A DNA stretch of 64,000 bases, taken from NCBI GenBank assembly GCA_963850905.1, contig CAWKMU010000004.1, positions 352,001-416,000 on the forward strand, in the 5' to 3' direction. The stretch is from an uncultured Gemmatimonadales bacterium (GTDB lineage Bacteria; Gemmatimonadota; Gemmatimonadetes; Gemmatimonadales; Gemmatimonadaceae). Shown piece by piece: positions 20,027-28,289 of the stretch (position 1 is its first letter; every line of letters starts with the position of its first letter). The notes under the pieces are model-generated. The model ran no database searches and was not told the DNA's origin. It saw only the letters and a program-made list of their open reading frames with translations. Position numbers and translations under genes: made by a program.

Positions 20027-20560
20027 CTATCCGGTTCTGCGGCGGCGGCCGGCCAACGTCGGAGTCGCGGCCGCGCGCCGCACCCGACGGCGGAACTCGA
20101 CCATCGCGTCCAGCTGGCGGAGCCGCTCTGCCGGCGTACGTCGCAGGTTCGCGCCCAACAGCGTCAAGTCGAGCCCGTAGTCCCCCGCCCGACCGAGCGG
20201 ATCGTGCCGCTTCTCGGCTCGGCGGCCGCGGCGGCGAGGTGCGTACATCACCCGCAACCGGGCCAGTCCGGCGGCGACGGTGGCCAGCACGCGATACACG
20301 TCCACCGACGCGGTGACCAGGCCGTCACCATCGCCAACGGACACCGGCTGCGCGGAGCCGTCGTAGCGGCGCAGAACGTCGGCGGCCAACACATACGCAC
20401 CGGGAAACGGCACTCCAAGGCCTTGGATCAATGCCCGCGCGACAGCAACCCGCTCCGCCGCGCGGATCGTATACGGAATACGCCGGCCAAGGGCAGCCGC
20501 GGCGTTCTGCAGCCACTTCGGGTCGACGTCCAGCAGGTAGGCGAACTCCCCGAGCGTCAT
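20027..20560 (-). CDS. Putative HTH antitoxin/regulator paired with the nucleotidyltransferase
   Basis: N-terminal HTH-like TLGEFAYLLDVDPKWLQN; C-terminal GLDLTLLGANLRRTPAERLRQL; own promoter. Confidence 0.65.
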   Translation of the reverse strand: MTLGEFAYLLDVDPKWLQNAAAALGRRIPYTIRAAERVAVARALIQGLGVPFPGAYVLAADVLRRYDGSAQPVSVGDGDGLVTASVDVYRVLATVAAGLARLRVMYAPRRRGRRAEKRHDPLGRAGDYGLDLTLLGANLRRTPAERLRQLDAMVEFRRRVRRAAATPTLAGRRRRTG

Positions 20561-20595
20561 GGGATAATTATACCTGGGACACAGACGTATTTCAA
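20561..20595 (-). promoter_or_regulatory. Leaderless sigma70 promoter
   Basis: Minus strand TTGAAA-N17-TATAAT-N6-ATG(20560). Confidence 0.78.
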
Positions 20596-20711
20596 TCAGA
20601 CGCCCGTGCTGCCGGCCAATGGCGCGGCTCCTGATGGTCTCACCCAGCCGCGACAAACTGACGCCCGGGCCCTGAACCGGGCGGCGCGAAGGCCGCCCGA
20701 GGGGCGTCTCC

Positions 20712-21281
20712 CTACACTCTGGCGGTCGGCGCCGCGACACCCCCGCCGCCAGCGGCCATCGCGGCCCTCCGGGCCATCTGGGCGCGTGTGAGATGCGGCA
20801 CCAGCCCCACCATCCGCTCGATGAGCATCAGCTGCCCCCGGTGATGCATCTCGTGTTCCTTGACCGACAGGATCATCTCGAACCGACTCTTGGAGCCACC
20901 ATTGTCGCCACCAAAGCTGACCCGCTCAGCGAGCACGCTCTCCGTCACGCCGTCCAGCCAGGTCGCCCACTTCTCCCCGGAGCTGCGCAGCATGGCCAGC
21001 GTCTGCTCCTTGCTCCGCGCGGCCTTTTCCTCGACAGCCAAGCGCTGCATGAGACCGACAAAGTCGAACCCCTCCATTGACGATCGGTGTTCCACCGCAT
21101 GCACCTGGTGGTGGAAGCTGTACGCCAGCGCGATGTGCGCGAGTAACTCGCCGACCGTCCGCGTCTCAGGCGCAGGTCGAAAGGCGTATCGGTCTTCCGG
21201 CAGCTCCTCGGCGATCGTAATGGTGTTCCCGCGGACGACGCGGAAGCTCTCAGCCAGCTCTTTGGCCCCGTAGTAATTCAC
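20712..21281 (-). CDS. DinB-family protein
   Basis: FRPAPETRTVGELLAHIA; HEMHHRGQL. Confidence 0.9.
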   Translation of the reverse strand: MNYYGAKELAESFRVVRGNTITIAEELPEDRYAFRPAPETRTVGELLAHIALAYSFHHQVHAVEHRSSMEGFDFVGLMQRLAVEEKAARSKEQTLAMLRSSGEKWATWLDGVTESVLAERVSFGGDNGGSKSRFEMILSVKEHEMHHRGQLMLIERMVGLVPHLTRAQMARRAAMAAGGGGVAAPTARV

Positions 21282-21418
21282 GCAAGTCTCTCTGGTTGTG
21301 GGTCGGCGAACGGATACCCCGCTCTAGACAACTTAGCAACCGCGGCAGGAATCAGGCGCTCGGCACGCGGCCCCTGCCAGTCCCGTCGTTCAGTGTCCAG
21401 CGTCCAGTCGTCCAGCGT

Positions 21419-21967
21419 CTAGCGTCTAGCGTCTAGCCAACGTCTTTTCACTTCTGTCACAAACTGCGCGCCCCCTATCGTCAGATAGAGTTGCCGCTCC
21501 ATCACTGACAGGCTGAACGCCACTCGGCGCGCGAGATGGGGTGCGAGCCCCGCCAGGAACTCGCGGTCGATCGCGTACAGCTCGATCGACTCGGCGCGGT
21601 GGATCCGTGATCCCTCGAGCTGCCGCACGAGCTGCGCCGGCTCCTTGTGCGTGTACACCACGACGCGGGGGGCCGCACGTGTCGCGCGATGCAGCCGCTC
21701 CGCGTTCGGCGCTCCGATCTCGATCCACACCTTTACCGCACCCGTCAGGTCGCGGACCGTCAGCGCGGGGTCGTCAGGCTCCGCCAGTCCACGGGAGAAC
21801 TCGATCCCCTCCGCATGCTCGAGACAGTACGCGAGCACGCGCGTGAGCAGATACTCCTCGGTCTCCGATGGGTGCCGTGCCGCCCGAATGGCCAACGTCG
21901 TGTACACGCCACGGTCGACGTCGGCCAGCTCGACGTCGAAGGTGTACATGGTGGCAGTAAGGGCCAT
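21419..21967 (-). CDS. yaeQ: YaeQ-family protein
   Basis: MALTATMY..DVDRGVY..ARHPSET..RVLAYCL..DDPAL..DLTG..WIEIG. Confidence 0.93.
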   Translation of the reverse strand: MALTATMYTFDVELADVDRGVYTTLAIRAARHPSETEEYLLTRVLAYCLEHAEGIEFSRGLAEPDDPALTVRDLTGAVKVWIEIGAPNAERLHRATRAAPRVVVYTHKEPAQLVRQLEGSRIHRAESIELYAIDREFLAGLAPHLARRVAFSLSVMERQLYLTIGGAQFVTEVKRRWLDARR

Positions 21968-22062
21968 GTGATCGGGTTCTGGGTGCGGAATGCGGCTACA
22001 ACAATACTACGGTGATGATGCCGACGCTCCGGGGCCGCGCTGCCCGCTCCTGGCGATGCTCA

Positions 22063-22107
22063 ACAGTGTAACTTGCCAGTTTACCTGTTTTGTTGTATCA
22101 TGCGTTT
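22063..22107 (+). promoter_or_regulatory. Leaderless promoter with imperfect inverted repeat (likely MarR operator)
   Basis: TTGCCA-N17-TATCAT-N6-ATG; ACAGTGTAAC..GTTTACCTGT flanks the -35. Confidence 0.65.
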
Positions 22108-22566
22108 ATGCCCCGACAAAGCCTGGAAAGCGCGGTCGCTGACCTTGCACACGCCATCGGCCTCCTCGTACGCCGCATGCGCGCGGCCGCCGTCTCACAC
22201 GGGCTCTCATTGACTGAGAGCGCCGTCCTGGGGCGCCTGGCTCGAGAAGGACCGGCCACGACGGCCGAGCTCGCGCGCGCGGAAGGCGTCAGGCCGCAGT
22301 CCATGGGTGCCACCGTCGCGGCACTCGAAGACAGAGGCTTGCTCGAGCGGCACCCGCATCCGACCGACGGCCGGCAGGTCAATCTCGACCTGACCGCCAA
22401 AGGCGCCGCTCTCCGCAAGGGCGTCGGCGACGCCAAGCGCACATGGCTCACCCAGGTCGTCGCCCAACTGGACGAGGACGACCGGGACACGCTGTTTGCT
22501 GCCGGCCAGATCATTGAGCGCCTGCTCCAAGACCGACCCACGGTCGGGCACGAGCGCGCCACGTGA
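22108..22566 (+). CDS. MarR-family regulator
   Basis: GPATTAELARAEGVRPQSMG..LEDRGLLERHPHPTDGRQ. Confidence 0.92.
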   Translation: MPRQSLESAVADLAHAIGLLVRRMRAAAVSHGLSLTESAVLGRLAREGPATTAELARAEGVRPQSMGATVAALEDRGLLERHPHPTDGRQVNLDLTAKGAALRKGVGDAKRTWLTQVVAQLDEDDRDTLFAAGQIIERLLQDRPTVGHERAT

Positions 22567-23876
22567 CGCAACCACCACCCGCTGCGGACGGACGCGAGGC
22601 CGCCCTCGCCGGGTTCATGTCGCACGCGTGGCGAGCGCTGCGGCACCGAAACTTCAAGCTCTTCTTCGCGGGCCAGAGCATCTCGCTCATCGGCACGTGG
22701 ATGACGCGATTGGCCACGGGCTGGCTCGTCTATCGGCTCACCCATTCGGCGCTGCTGCTCGGCATCGTGAGCTTCTCGGGACAGATCGCAGCCTTTGCGC
22801 TCGGACCATTCGCAGGTGCCTGGGTCGAGCGCTTGAATCGCCGCAAGCTGCTGGTGTGGACGCAAGCGCTTGCTGCCGTGCAGTCGCTCGCCATGGCGGC
22901 ACTCACGCTCCCGCGTGTCATCACGATCGCCGAGATCATCGCGCTCAGCGCCTTTCAAGGCCTGATCAACGCGTTCGACATGCCGGCGCGCCAGTCATTC
23001 CTCATTCAGATGGTCGAGGATCGGGCCGACCTCGGCAACGCCATTGCGATCAACTCGTCGATGGTCAACGGTGCGCGGCTCATCGGCCCCGCGATCGCCG
23101 GTGTGGTCATCGCCGCGGTCGGCGAAGGGTGGTGCTTCCTGCTCGACGGGATCAGTTACTTCGCCGTCATCGCATCCCTGCTCCTCATGCGCCTCGAGCC
23201 GTCGCAGGTCCAACGCGCGACAACCAGCATCCTCGAGCAGATACGCGAGGGATGGGACTACGTGAGGACGTTCCGGCCGATTCGCATGATCCTGACCTTG
23301 TTTGCGGTGCTCAGCCTGATGGGCTGGCCATACTCGGTGCTGTTGCCGGTCTTCGCCGCGCAGGTGCTCCACGGTGGTCCGAATACGCTTGGCTGGCTCT
23401 CAGGAGCCTCCGGGCTCGGCGCATTTGTATCGGCAGTCTCCCTCGCGCTCCGCAAGTCGGTCGTCGGCCTCACGCGCATGCTGCAGATCGCGGCGGCCAT
23501 CCTCGGGACTGCGCTGATGCTGTTCGGCCTGTCGCATACGCTGTGGCTTTCAGTCGTGCTCATGGTCTTCGCCGGGTTCGGCTTGATCCAGGGTGCGTCC
23601 GTGAGCAACACGATCATCCAGACGCTGGTCCCCGAAGACAAACGCGCTCGCGTGATGGGCTACTACACGATGGCCTTTGTCGGCAGCGCGCCCTTCGGCA
23701 GCTTGCTGGCCGGCGCGCTGGCCCACCGGATCGGAGCGCCCCACACGGTCATGATCACCGGCGCGGTCTGCATCGCGGCCTCACTCTGGTTCACGCTCGA
23801 GCTCCCGAAGGTGCGAGCGGTCATGCGGCCGATCTACCTGGAGATGGGCCTCCTGCCCGCGCGCGACATCGCCTGA
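22563..23876 (+). CDS. MFS transporter
   Basis: RALRHRNFKLFFAGQSISLIGTWM, NAFDMPARQSF, ~12 hydrophobic segments. Confidence 0.93.
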   Translation: MTQPPPAADGREAALAGFMSHAWRALRHRNFKLFFAGQSISLIGTWMTRLATGWLVYRLTHSALLLGIVSFSGQIAAFALGPFAGAWVERLNRRKLLVWTQALAAVQSLAMAALTLPRVITIAEIIALSAFQGLINAFDMPARQSFLIQMVEDRADLGNAIAINSSMVNGARLIGPAIAGVVIAAVGEGWCFLLDGISYFAVIASLLLMRLEPSQVQRATTSILEQIREGWDYVRTFRPIRMILTLFAVLSLMGWPYSVLLPVFAAQVLHGGPNTLGWLSGASGLGAFVSAVSLALRKSVVGLTRMLQIAAAILGTALMLFGLSHTLWLSVVLMVFAGFGLIQGASVSNTIIQTLVPEDKRARVMGYYTMAFVGSAPFGSLLAGALAHRIGAPHTVMITGAVCIAASLWFTLELPKVRAVMRPIYLEMGLLPARDIA

Positions 23877-23918
23877 CCGCCAACGTCCAACGTCTAACAT
23901 CCAACCACCTAGCCCTCC

Positions 23919-24512
23919 ATGCCGCTCACACAACTCGACCCCACCACTGCCCTCGTCGTGATCGACCTGCAAAAGGGCATCGTCAGCTTCCCGACCGTAC
24001 ACCCCACGGCCGACATCATCGCCCGATCGGCCAGGCTGGCGCGCGGGTTCCGCGAGCGGGGTCTGCCCGTCGTGCTCGTGAATGTCACGGCCATGGCGCC
24101 GGGCCGCACCGACGCCGAACGGCCAAAGTTTGCCCGGCCGGCCGACTGGGCCGAGCTCGTGCCGGAATTGGCGCAGGATCCCAGCGACCATCTCGTCACC
24201 AAGCAACGCTGGGGCGCATTCCTCGGCACAAACTTGGACGAGTATCTGCGCCAGCGCGGAGTGACGCAAATCGTCTTGACGGGCGTCGCAACCAGTATCG
24301 GCGTGGAATCGACGGCGCGAAGCGCCTACGATCTGGGCTATAACGTCGCGCTCGTCGTCGACGCCATGACGGACCGGGACGCAGAAGCGCACCGTAACAG
24401 TGTCGAAAAGATCTTTCCACGACTGGGTGAGACGACCACGACCAATGACGTGCTCAAGCTATTGCGGGAAACTCCGGGATCGGCTGGACCGGCGCAATCA
24501 CGAACCCGCTGA
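23919..24512 (+). CDS. Isochorismatase-family cysteine-hydrolase-like protein
   Basis: ALVVIDLQKG, VTKQRWGAF, GVATSIGVESTARSAYDLGY. Confidence 0.92.
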   Translation: MPLTQLDPTTALVVIDLQKGIVSFPTVHPTADIIARSARLARGFRERGLPVVLVNVTAMAPGRTDAERPKFARPADWAELVPELAQDPSDHLVTKQRWGAFLGTNLDEYLRQRGVTQIVLTGVATSIGVESTARSAYDLGYNVALVVDAMTDRDAEAHRNSVEKIFPRLGETTTTNDVLKLLRETPGSAGPAQSRTR

Positions 24513-24576
24513 CACGGATCGCTTCCTGACACCGTGGCTCTTGACGGGCGTATATTAACATCATATACATACGAAC

Positions 24577-24900
24577 GTGGCTGACGCCCTAGCCGAGTTG
24601 GAAGCGTGTGTCGGGTTCCAGTGGGATGACCGGAATTCGCACAAGAACTGGGAGCGGCATCGCGTGAGCCGCGCAGAGTGCGAAGCGGTTTTCTTCAACG
24701 ACCCATTCGTCGCAGCACCTGATGTGATCCATTCTGAGAAGGAGTCCCGATATTACGTTCTCGGACAGACGGCCCGAGGCCGGCGATTGTTCGTCGCATG
24801 TACAATCCGGGAGCGGCTCATCCGCGTCGTTTCTGCACGGCCGATGAGCCGCCGCGAAAGGAGAAGCTATGACCAAGCCGCGCCAGAAACCGAAAACTGA
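24577..24900 (+). CDS. brnT: BrnT-family toxin
   Basis: GFQWDDRNSHKNWERHRVS..ECEAVF..HSEKESRY..IRVVSARPM; upstream TTGACG and GTATAT-N7-ATATAC palindrome. Confidence 0.92.
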   Translation: MADALAELEACVGFQWDDRNSHKNWERHRVSRAECEAVFFNDPFVAAPDVIHSEKESRYYVLGQTARGRRLFVACTIRERLIRVVSARPMSRRERRSYDQAAPETEN

Positions 24901-25189
24901 GCGCTCTCCGCGGAAGCCGATCCCAGCGTTCGCGACTGAGGATGAGGAGCGCGCCTTCTGGGACTCAGCCGACTCCGTAGACTACATCGACTGGGTAAAG
25001 GCCCGGCGCGTCCAGCTTTCAGAACTCAAACCGTCGACGGCCACCATCTCCCTGCGGCTGCCCGAGGGAATGCTGGACGAACTCAAGATCCTCGCGAACG
25101 AGCGCGACGTTCCGTACCAATCACTGCTCAAGGTGTTTTTGGCCGAGCGCATTCGACAGGAACGAGTGCGCCGGCGGCGCTCCGCCTGA
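24869..25189 (+). CDS. brnA: BrnA/CopG-like antitoxin
   Basis: IPAFATEDEERAFWDSADSVDY..KPSTATISLRLP..ANERDVPYQSLLK. Confidence 0.9.
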   Translation: MTKPRQKPKTERSPRKPIPAFATEDEERAFWDSADSVDYIDWVKARRVQLSELKPSTATISLRLPEGMLDELKILANERDVPYQSLLKVFLAERIRQERVRRRRSA

Positions 25190-25547
25190 GCGACTCTGTC
25201 CCGCGGCGGGCAGTCTGAGCGCTTTTTGTTCGCTCGTATGACGCTCCGCTGTCGCCCAAAGTTTAGGTGGTCCACCCCTGCCGCCGACCCTGATCGCGCC
25301 ACGCGGTCGACCGTGCAAAGCGCGATGGATTCCGCCAGATCGATCTGAAACTATCTGCCCGTCCCCCTCGATAATGAAAGGGGAACTGAGCTCGGCCGCT
25401 GGAGTACACTGGGTGATCGACACCGACACCACACCCCACCGCAGGTGTCACCGGACGATGCGGATGAGTGGTCGACCCGACCGTCTCCACGATCGGCGAG
25501 TGACCCTCGGGCGTCTCCGGTTCACTGACTGACGAGAGAGATAGTGC

Positions 25548-26249
25548 GTGAGTAGATCTGCTACGGGCCGCTCGGACCAAGCCGCCACCACCGGCGCGGA
25601 ACACGCTGGACTCGGGTGGGATTATTCGCTGGGCGAGGAGATCGCTAACAGCATCACGCACGGCGCCGGTCTCGCCGCCAGCATCGCTGGTGCAGCCATC
25701 CTGCTGTTCGTCGTCGCCCAGCATCACGACCCGCTCTGGTTCGCCGCCGATGCCGCCTACGCGGCGTCCCTCATCATCCTGTACACGGCCTCGACCCTGT
25801 ATCACGCGATTCCCAACCGGCGGGCCAAGCACGTCTTTCGCATCATGGACCACGCCGCGATCTACATCCTGATCGCCGGTACCTATACACCGTTCGCACT
25901 CCTCAACCTGCGCGGCACGTGGGGTTGGGCGCTGTGCGCCGGCGCCTGGGGCTTGGCAGTCGTCGGCGTCGTCTTCACGACGCTCATCCGTCACCGACTA
26001 TCGCGTGCCACCACGCTGCTGTATGTCGCAATGGGATGGATGGGGGTAATGGTTGCCAAGCCCGCCTTCGATCACCTGAGCGCCTGGGCCATCATCTGGC
26101 TCGTCGCCGGTGGCCTCCTGTACACAGCGGGCACGTTGTTCTACGCCTGGGAACGACTGAGGTACGGACACGCCGTGTGGCACGTGTTCGTCCTCGGCGG
26201 CAGCGTCTGCCACTACATGGCCGTCCTGCGCTACGCGGTTCCCAGCTAA
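25548..26249 (+). CDS. Hemolysin III / PAQR-family membrane protein
   Basis: EEIANSITHG, STLYH, DHAAIYILIAGTYTP, HAVWHVFVLGGSVCHY. Confidence 0.93.
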   Translation: MSRSATGRSDQAATTGAEHAGLGWDYSLGEEIANSITHGAGLAASIAGAAILLFVVAQHHDPLWFAADAAYAASLIILYTASTLYHAIPNRRAKHVFRIMDHAAIYILIAGTYTPFALLNLRGTWGWALCAGAWGLAVVGVVFTTLIRHRLSRATTLLYVAMGWMGVMVAKPAFDHLSAWAIIWLVAGGLLYTAGTLFYAWERLRYGHAVWHVFVLGGSVCHYMAVLRYAVPS

Positions 26250-26692
26250 CGGACCAACGGACTCTCCCACACGCGGAACAGCAGCGACTTGAGCTGCGCG
26301 AAATCCCTGGGCCCAAGCGCCGAGCGCCACTCCCCCTCGATCTCGCGCAAGATCTCGTGCGCCTTGGCCCACGCCGCGTGCCCCCGCTTCGTGAAGCGGA
26401 CGATACGCGCGCGCCCCTCGTCCGGTGCGGCCGATCGCGTGATATAGCCGAGCCGCTCGAGGCTCCCCAGCAGTTGGTTCATGGCTTGCTTGCTCACCCC
26501 CGCACGCTCGGCCAGCACTCCCGGCCGCACGCCGTCCGGACCCGGAAACTGCAGCGCCGCCATGTGCGGCAGCTTAAGATCCCCGAAGCCCGCAGCGTTC
26601 AACCCGACAATGATCCGGCAATGAATCGCCTGCGCCGGCACCCGCAGCAACGCCCCGATCAGCATCTCCCGGCTCTTGACCACCGCACGCAC
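26246..26692 (-). CDS. MarR-family regulator
   Basis: LAERAGVSKQAMNQLLGSLERLGYI..DEGRARIVRFTKRG. Confidence 0.88.
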   Translation of the reverse strand: MRAVVKSREMLIGALLRVPAQAIHCRIIVGLNAAGFGDLKLPHMAALQFPGPDGVRPGVLAERAGVSKQAMNQLLGSLERLGYITRSAAPDEGRARIVRFTKRGHAAWAKAHEILREIEGEWRSALGPRDFAQLKSLLFRVWESPLVR

Positions 26693-26716
26693 CCTGGCTC
26701 CCTTGACTTTTGGCTG

Positions 26717-26757
26717 GTAAACTGAGTTTACTAGTGATCATCGTAAACGGAATTTAC
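26717..26757. promoter_or_regulatory. Two palindromic operators between marR and the cupin gene
   Basis: GTAAAC-TGA-GTTTAC (26717-26731) and GTAAAC-GGA-ATTTAC (26743-26757). Confidence 0.7.
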
Positions 26758-26774
26758 CATTACGGAGCACCAGA

Positions 26775-27257
26775 TTGCCAGCACTGACCACTGACCTCCG
26801 CATCGATCCCGCCAACGAGACGATCCACCTCGGGCCCCTCACGATCCGATTCGTCGTCACGGGCCTACACTCGAACGGCAGCATCGCCGCCTTCGAGCTC
26901 ACGGTCCCCGGCGGACGCGGATTGGCCGCGCCGGCCCACAGTCACGACCACTTCGACGAAACGATCTACTGCACCGCCGGCGTCCTCACCTGGACCGTCG
27001 ACGGCCAACGCATCGACTTGGGCCGCGGCCAGACGCTCTGCATCCCGCGCGGCGCCGTCCACCGCTTCGAGAACCACGGCACTGAGGACGCCACCGCGTT
27101 CGCGGTCTTCACGCCCGCCGCCATCGGACCCGAGTTCTTCCGTGAGTCCGCTGCAGTCATCAACGCCGCCGCCGGCGGCCCACCTGACCGAGCGAAGCTC
27201 GCTGAGATCATGCTCCGCTACGGCCTCACTCCGGCCCCACTGCCGCCGCCGGCTTAA
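26775..27257 (+). CDS. Cupin-domain protein
   Basis: AHSHDHFDET..G; IPRGAVHRFEN. Confidence 0.9.
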   Translation: MPALTTDLRIDPANETIHLGPLTIRFVVTGLHSNGSIAAFELTVPGGRGLAAPAHSHDHFDETIYCTAGVLTWTVDGQRIDLGRGQTLCIPRGAVHRFENHGTEDATAFAVFTPAAIGPEFFRESAAVINAAAGGPPDRAKLAEIMLRYGLTPAPLPPPA

Positions 27258-27291
27258 CGCCTCGGCGACTCAACTCAAGGGATTTTCCCCG

Positions 27292-28174
27292 ATGCCGCCC
27301 AACACCTCTGCACGCCAAGCTACCCGCGCCTCGATCCACACACTCGCGGGATGCCTCGCCGCCTTCGCACTGGCGGCGTGCAGTTCGAAACCCGCCGACC
27401 ACGCGACCACTAACTCCGCCGCCACCGCCGAAGTCAGCCCCACCGTCACCGTGACCGCTACAGACTACGCATTCGATGCACCGGCACAGATTCCTGCCGG
27501 CATGACGACGATGACCATGGTCAACCGTGGCCGCGAGATGCATCAGGTCCAGCTCATCCGGTTGGCCGATGGCAAGACGGTCAACGATCTGCTCGCCACG
27601 TTCAACCAGCCGGGCCCGCCACCAGCATGGGCCGTTTCTTTCGGCGGTCCCAACGCCGCGGTACCGGGCGGCTCGAGTCAGGCCACGTTCCTGCTCGCCC
27701 CAGGCAACTATGTCATGATCTGCGCCATTCCAAGCCCCGACCACGTGTCGCACCTCGCCAAGGGGATGATGCGACCCTTGACCGTCACCGCGGTCCAGAA
27801 CGTAGCGAAGACGGCGCCGCAATCCGACATCACGGTCACGATGACGGAGTATGCCTTCAATCTGTCGGCACCAGTCACTGCCGGCACACATACCCTACGC
27901 ATCGACAACCAGGGTAGACAGGACCACGAAGCCGTGCTGGTCCGCTTCGCACCCGGCAAAAGTCGTGAAAGACCTCGTCGCGTGGGTCGACAACCAGGTC
28001 GGACCGCCGCCAGCCTACCCACTAGGTGGCCTCACCGACCTGTCCAACGGCGCCGAAGGCTTCTTCACCGTCAATTTCACCCCGGGCAACTACGCCCTCG
28101 TCTGCTTCATCCCCGATGCGAAAGACGGCAAGCCACACGCCGCCTACGGCATGACCAAGGAATTCACGATCTGA
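27292..28174 (+). CDS. Lipoprotein with two cupredoxin-like domains; apparent frameshift near 27960
   Basis: Lipobox LAAC; two repeats each ending PGNY..C-x-IP..D..H...GM. Confidence 0.8.
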
Positions 28175-28289
28175 GGCCGACCGCGCACCGCCGAAGTCGC
28201 GCGCGTACCCCCATCTTGCCGCGCCTTCGGCGCCGGGAGCGAGGACGCGCAAGTCACCTCGGTACCCCAGACCCCAGACCCCGCTCGTC

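Noticed and set aside
22496..24343. Long alternative-frame or antisense ORFs (also 32180-33568, 34171-35670, 36707-38104, 49277-50995)
   Set aside because: Arg/Ala/Pro-rich shadow ORFs of well-supported genes, as expected in high-GC DNA
25320..25360. GCGATGGATTCCGCC resembles the 5' end of a fluoride riboswitch
   Set aside because: The conserved 3' part and pseudoknot are not convincing, and the downstream gene is not a typical fluoride-resistance gene
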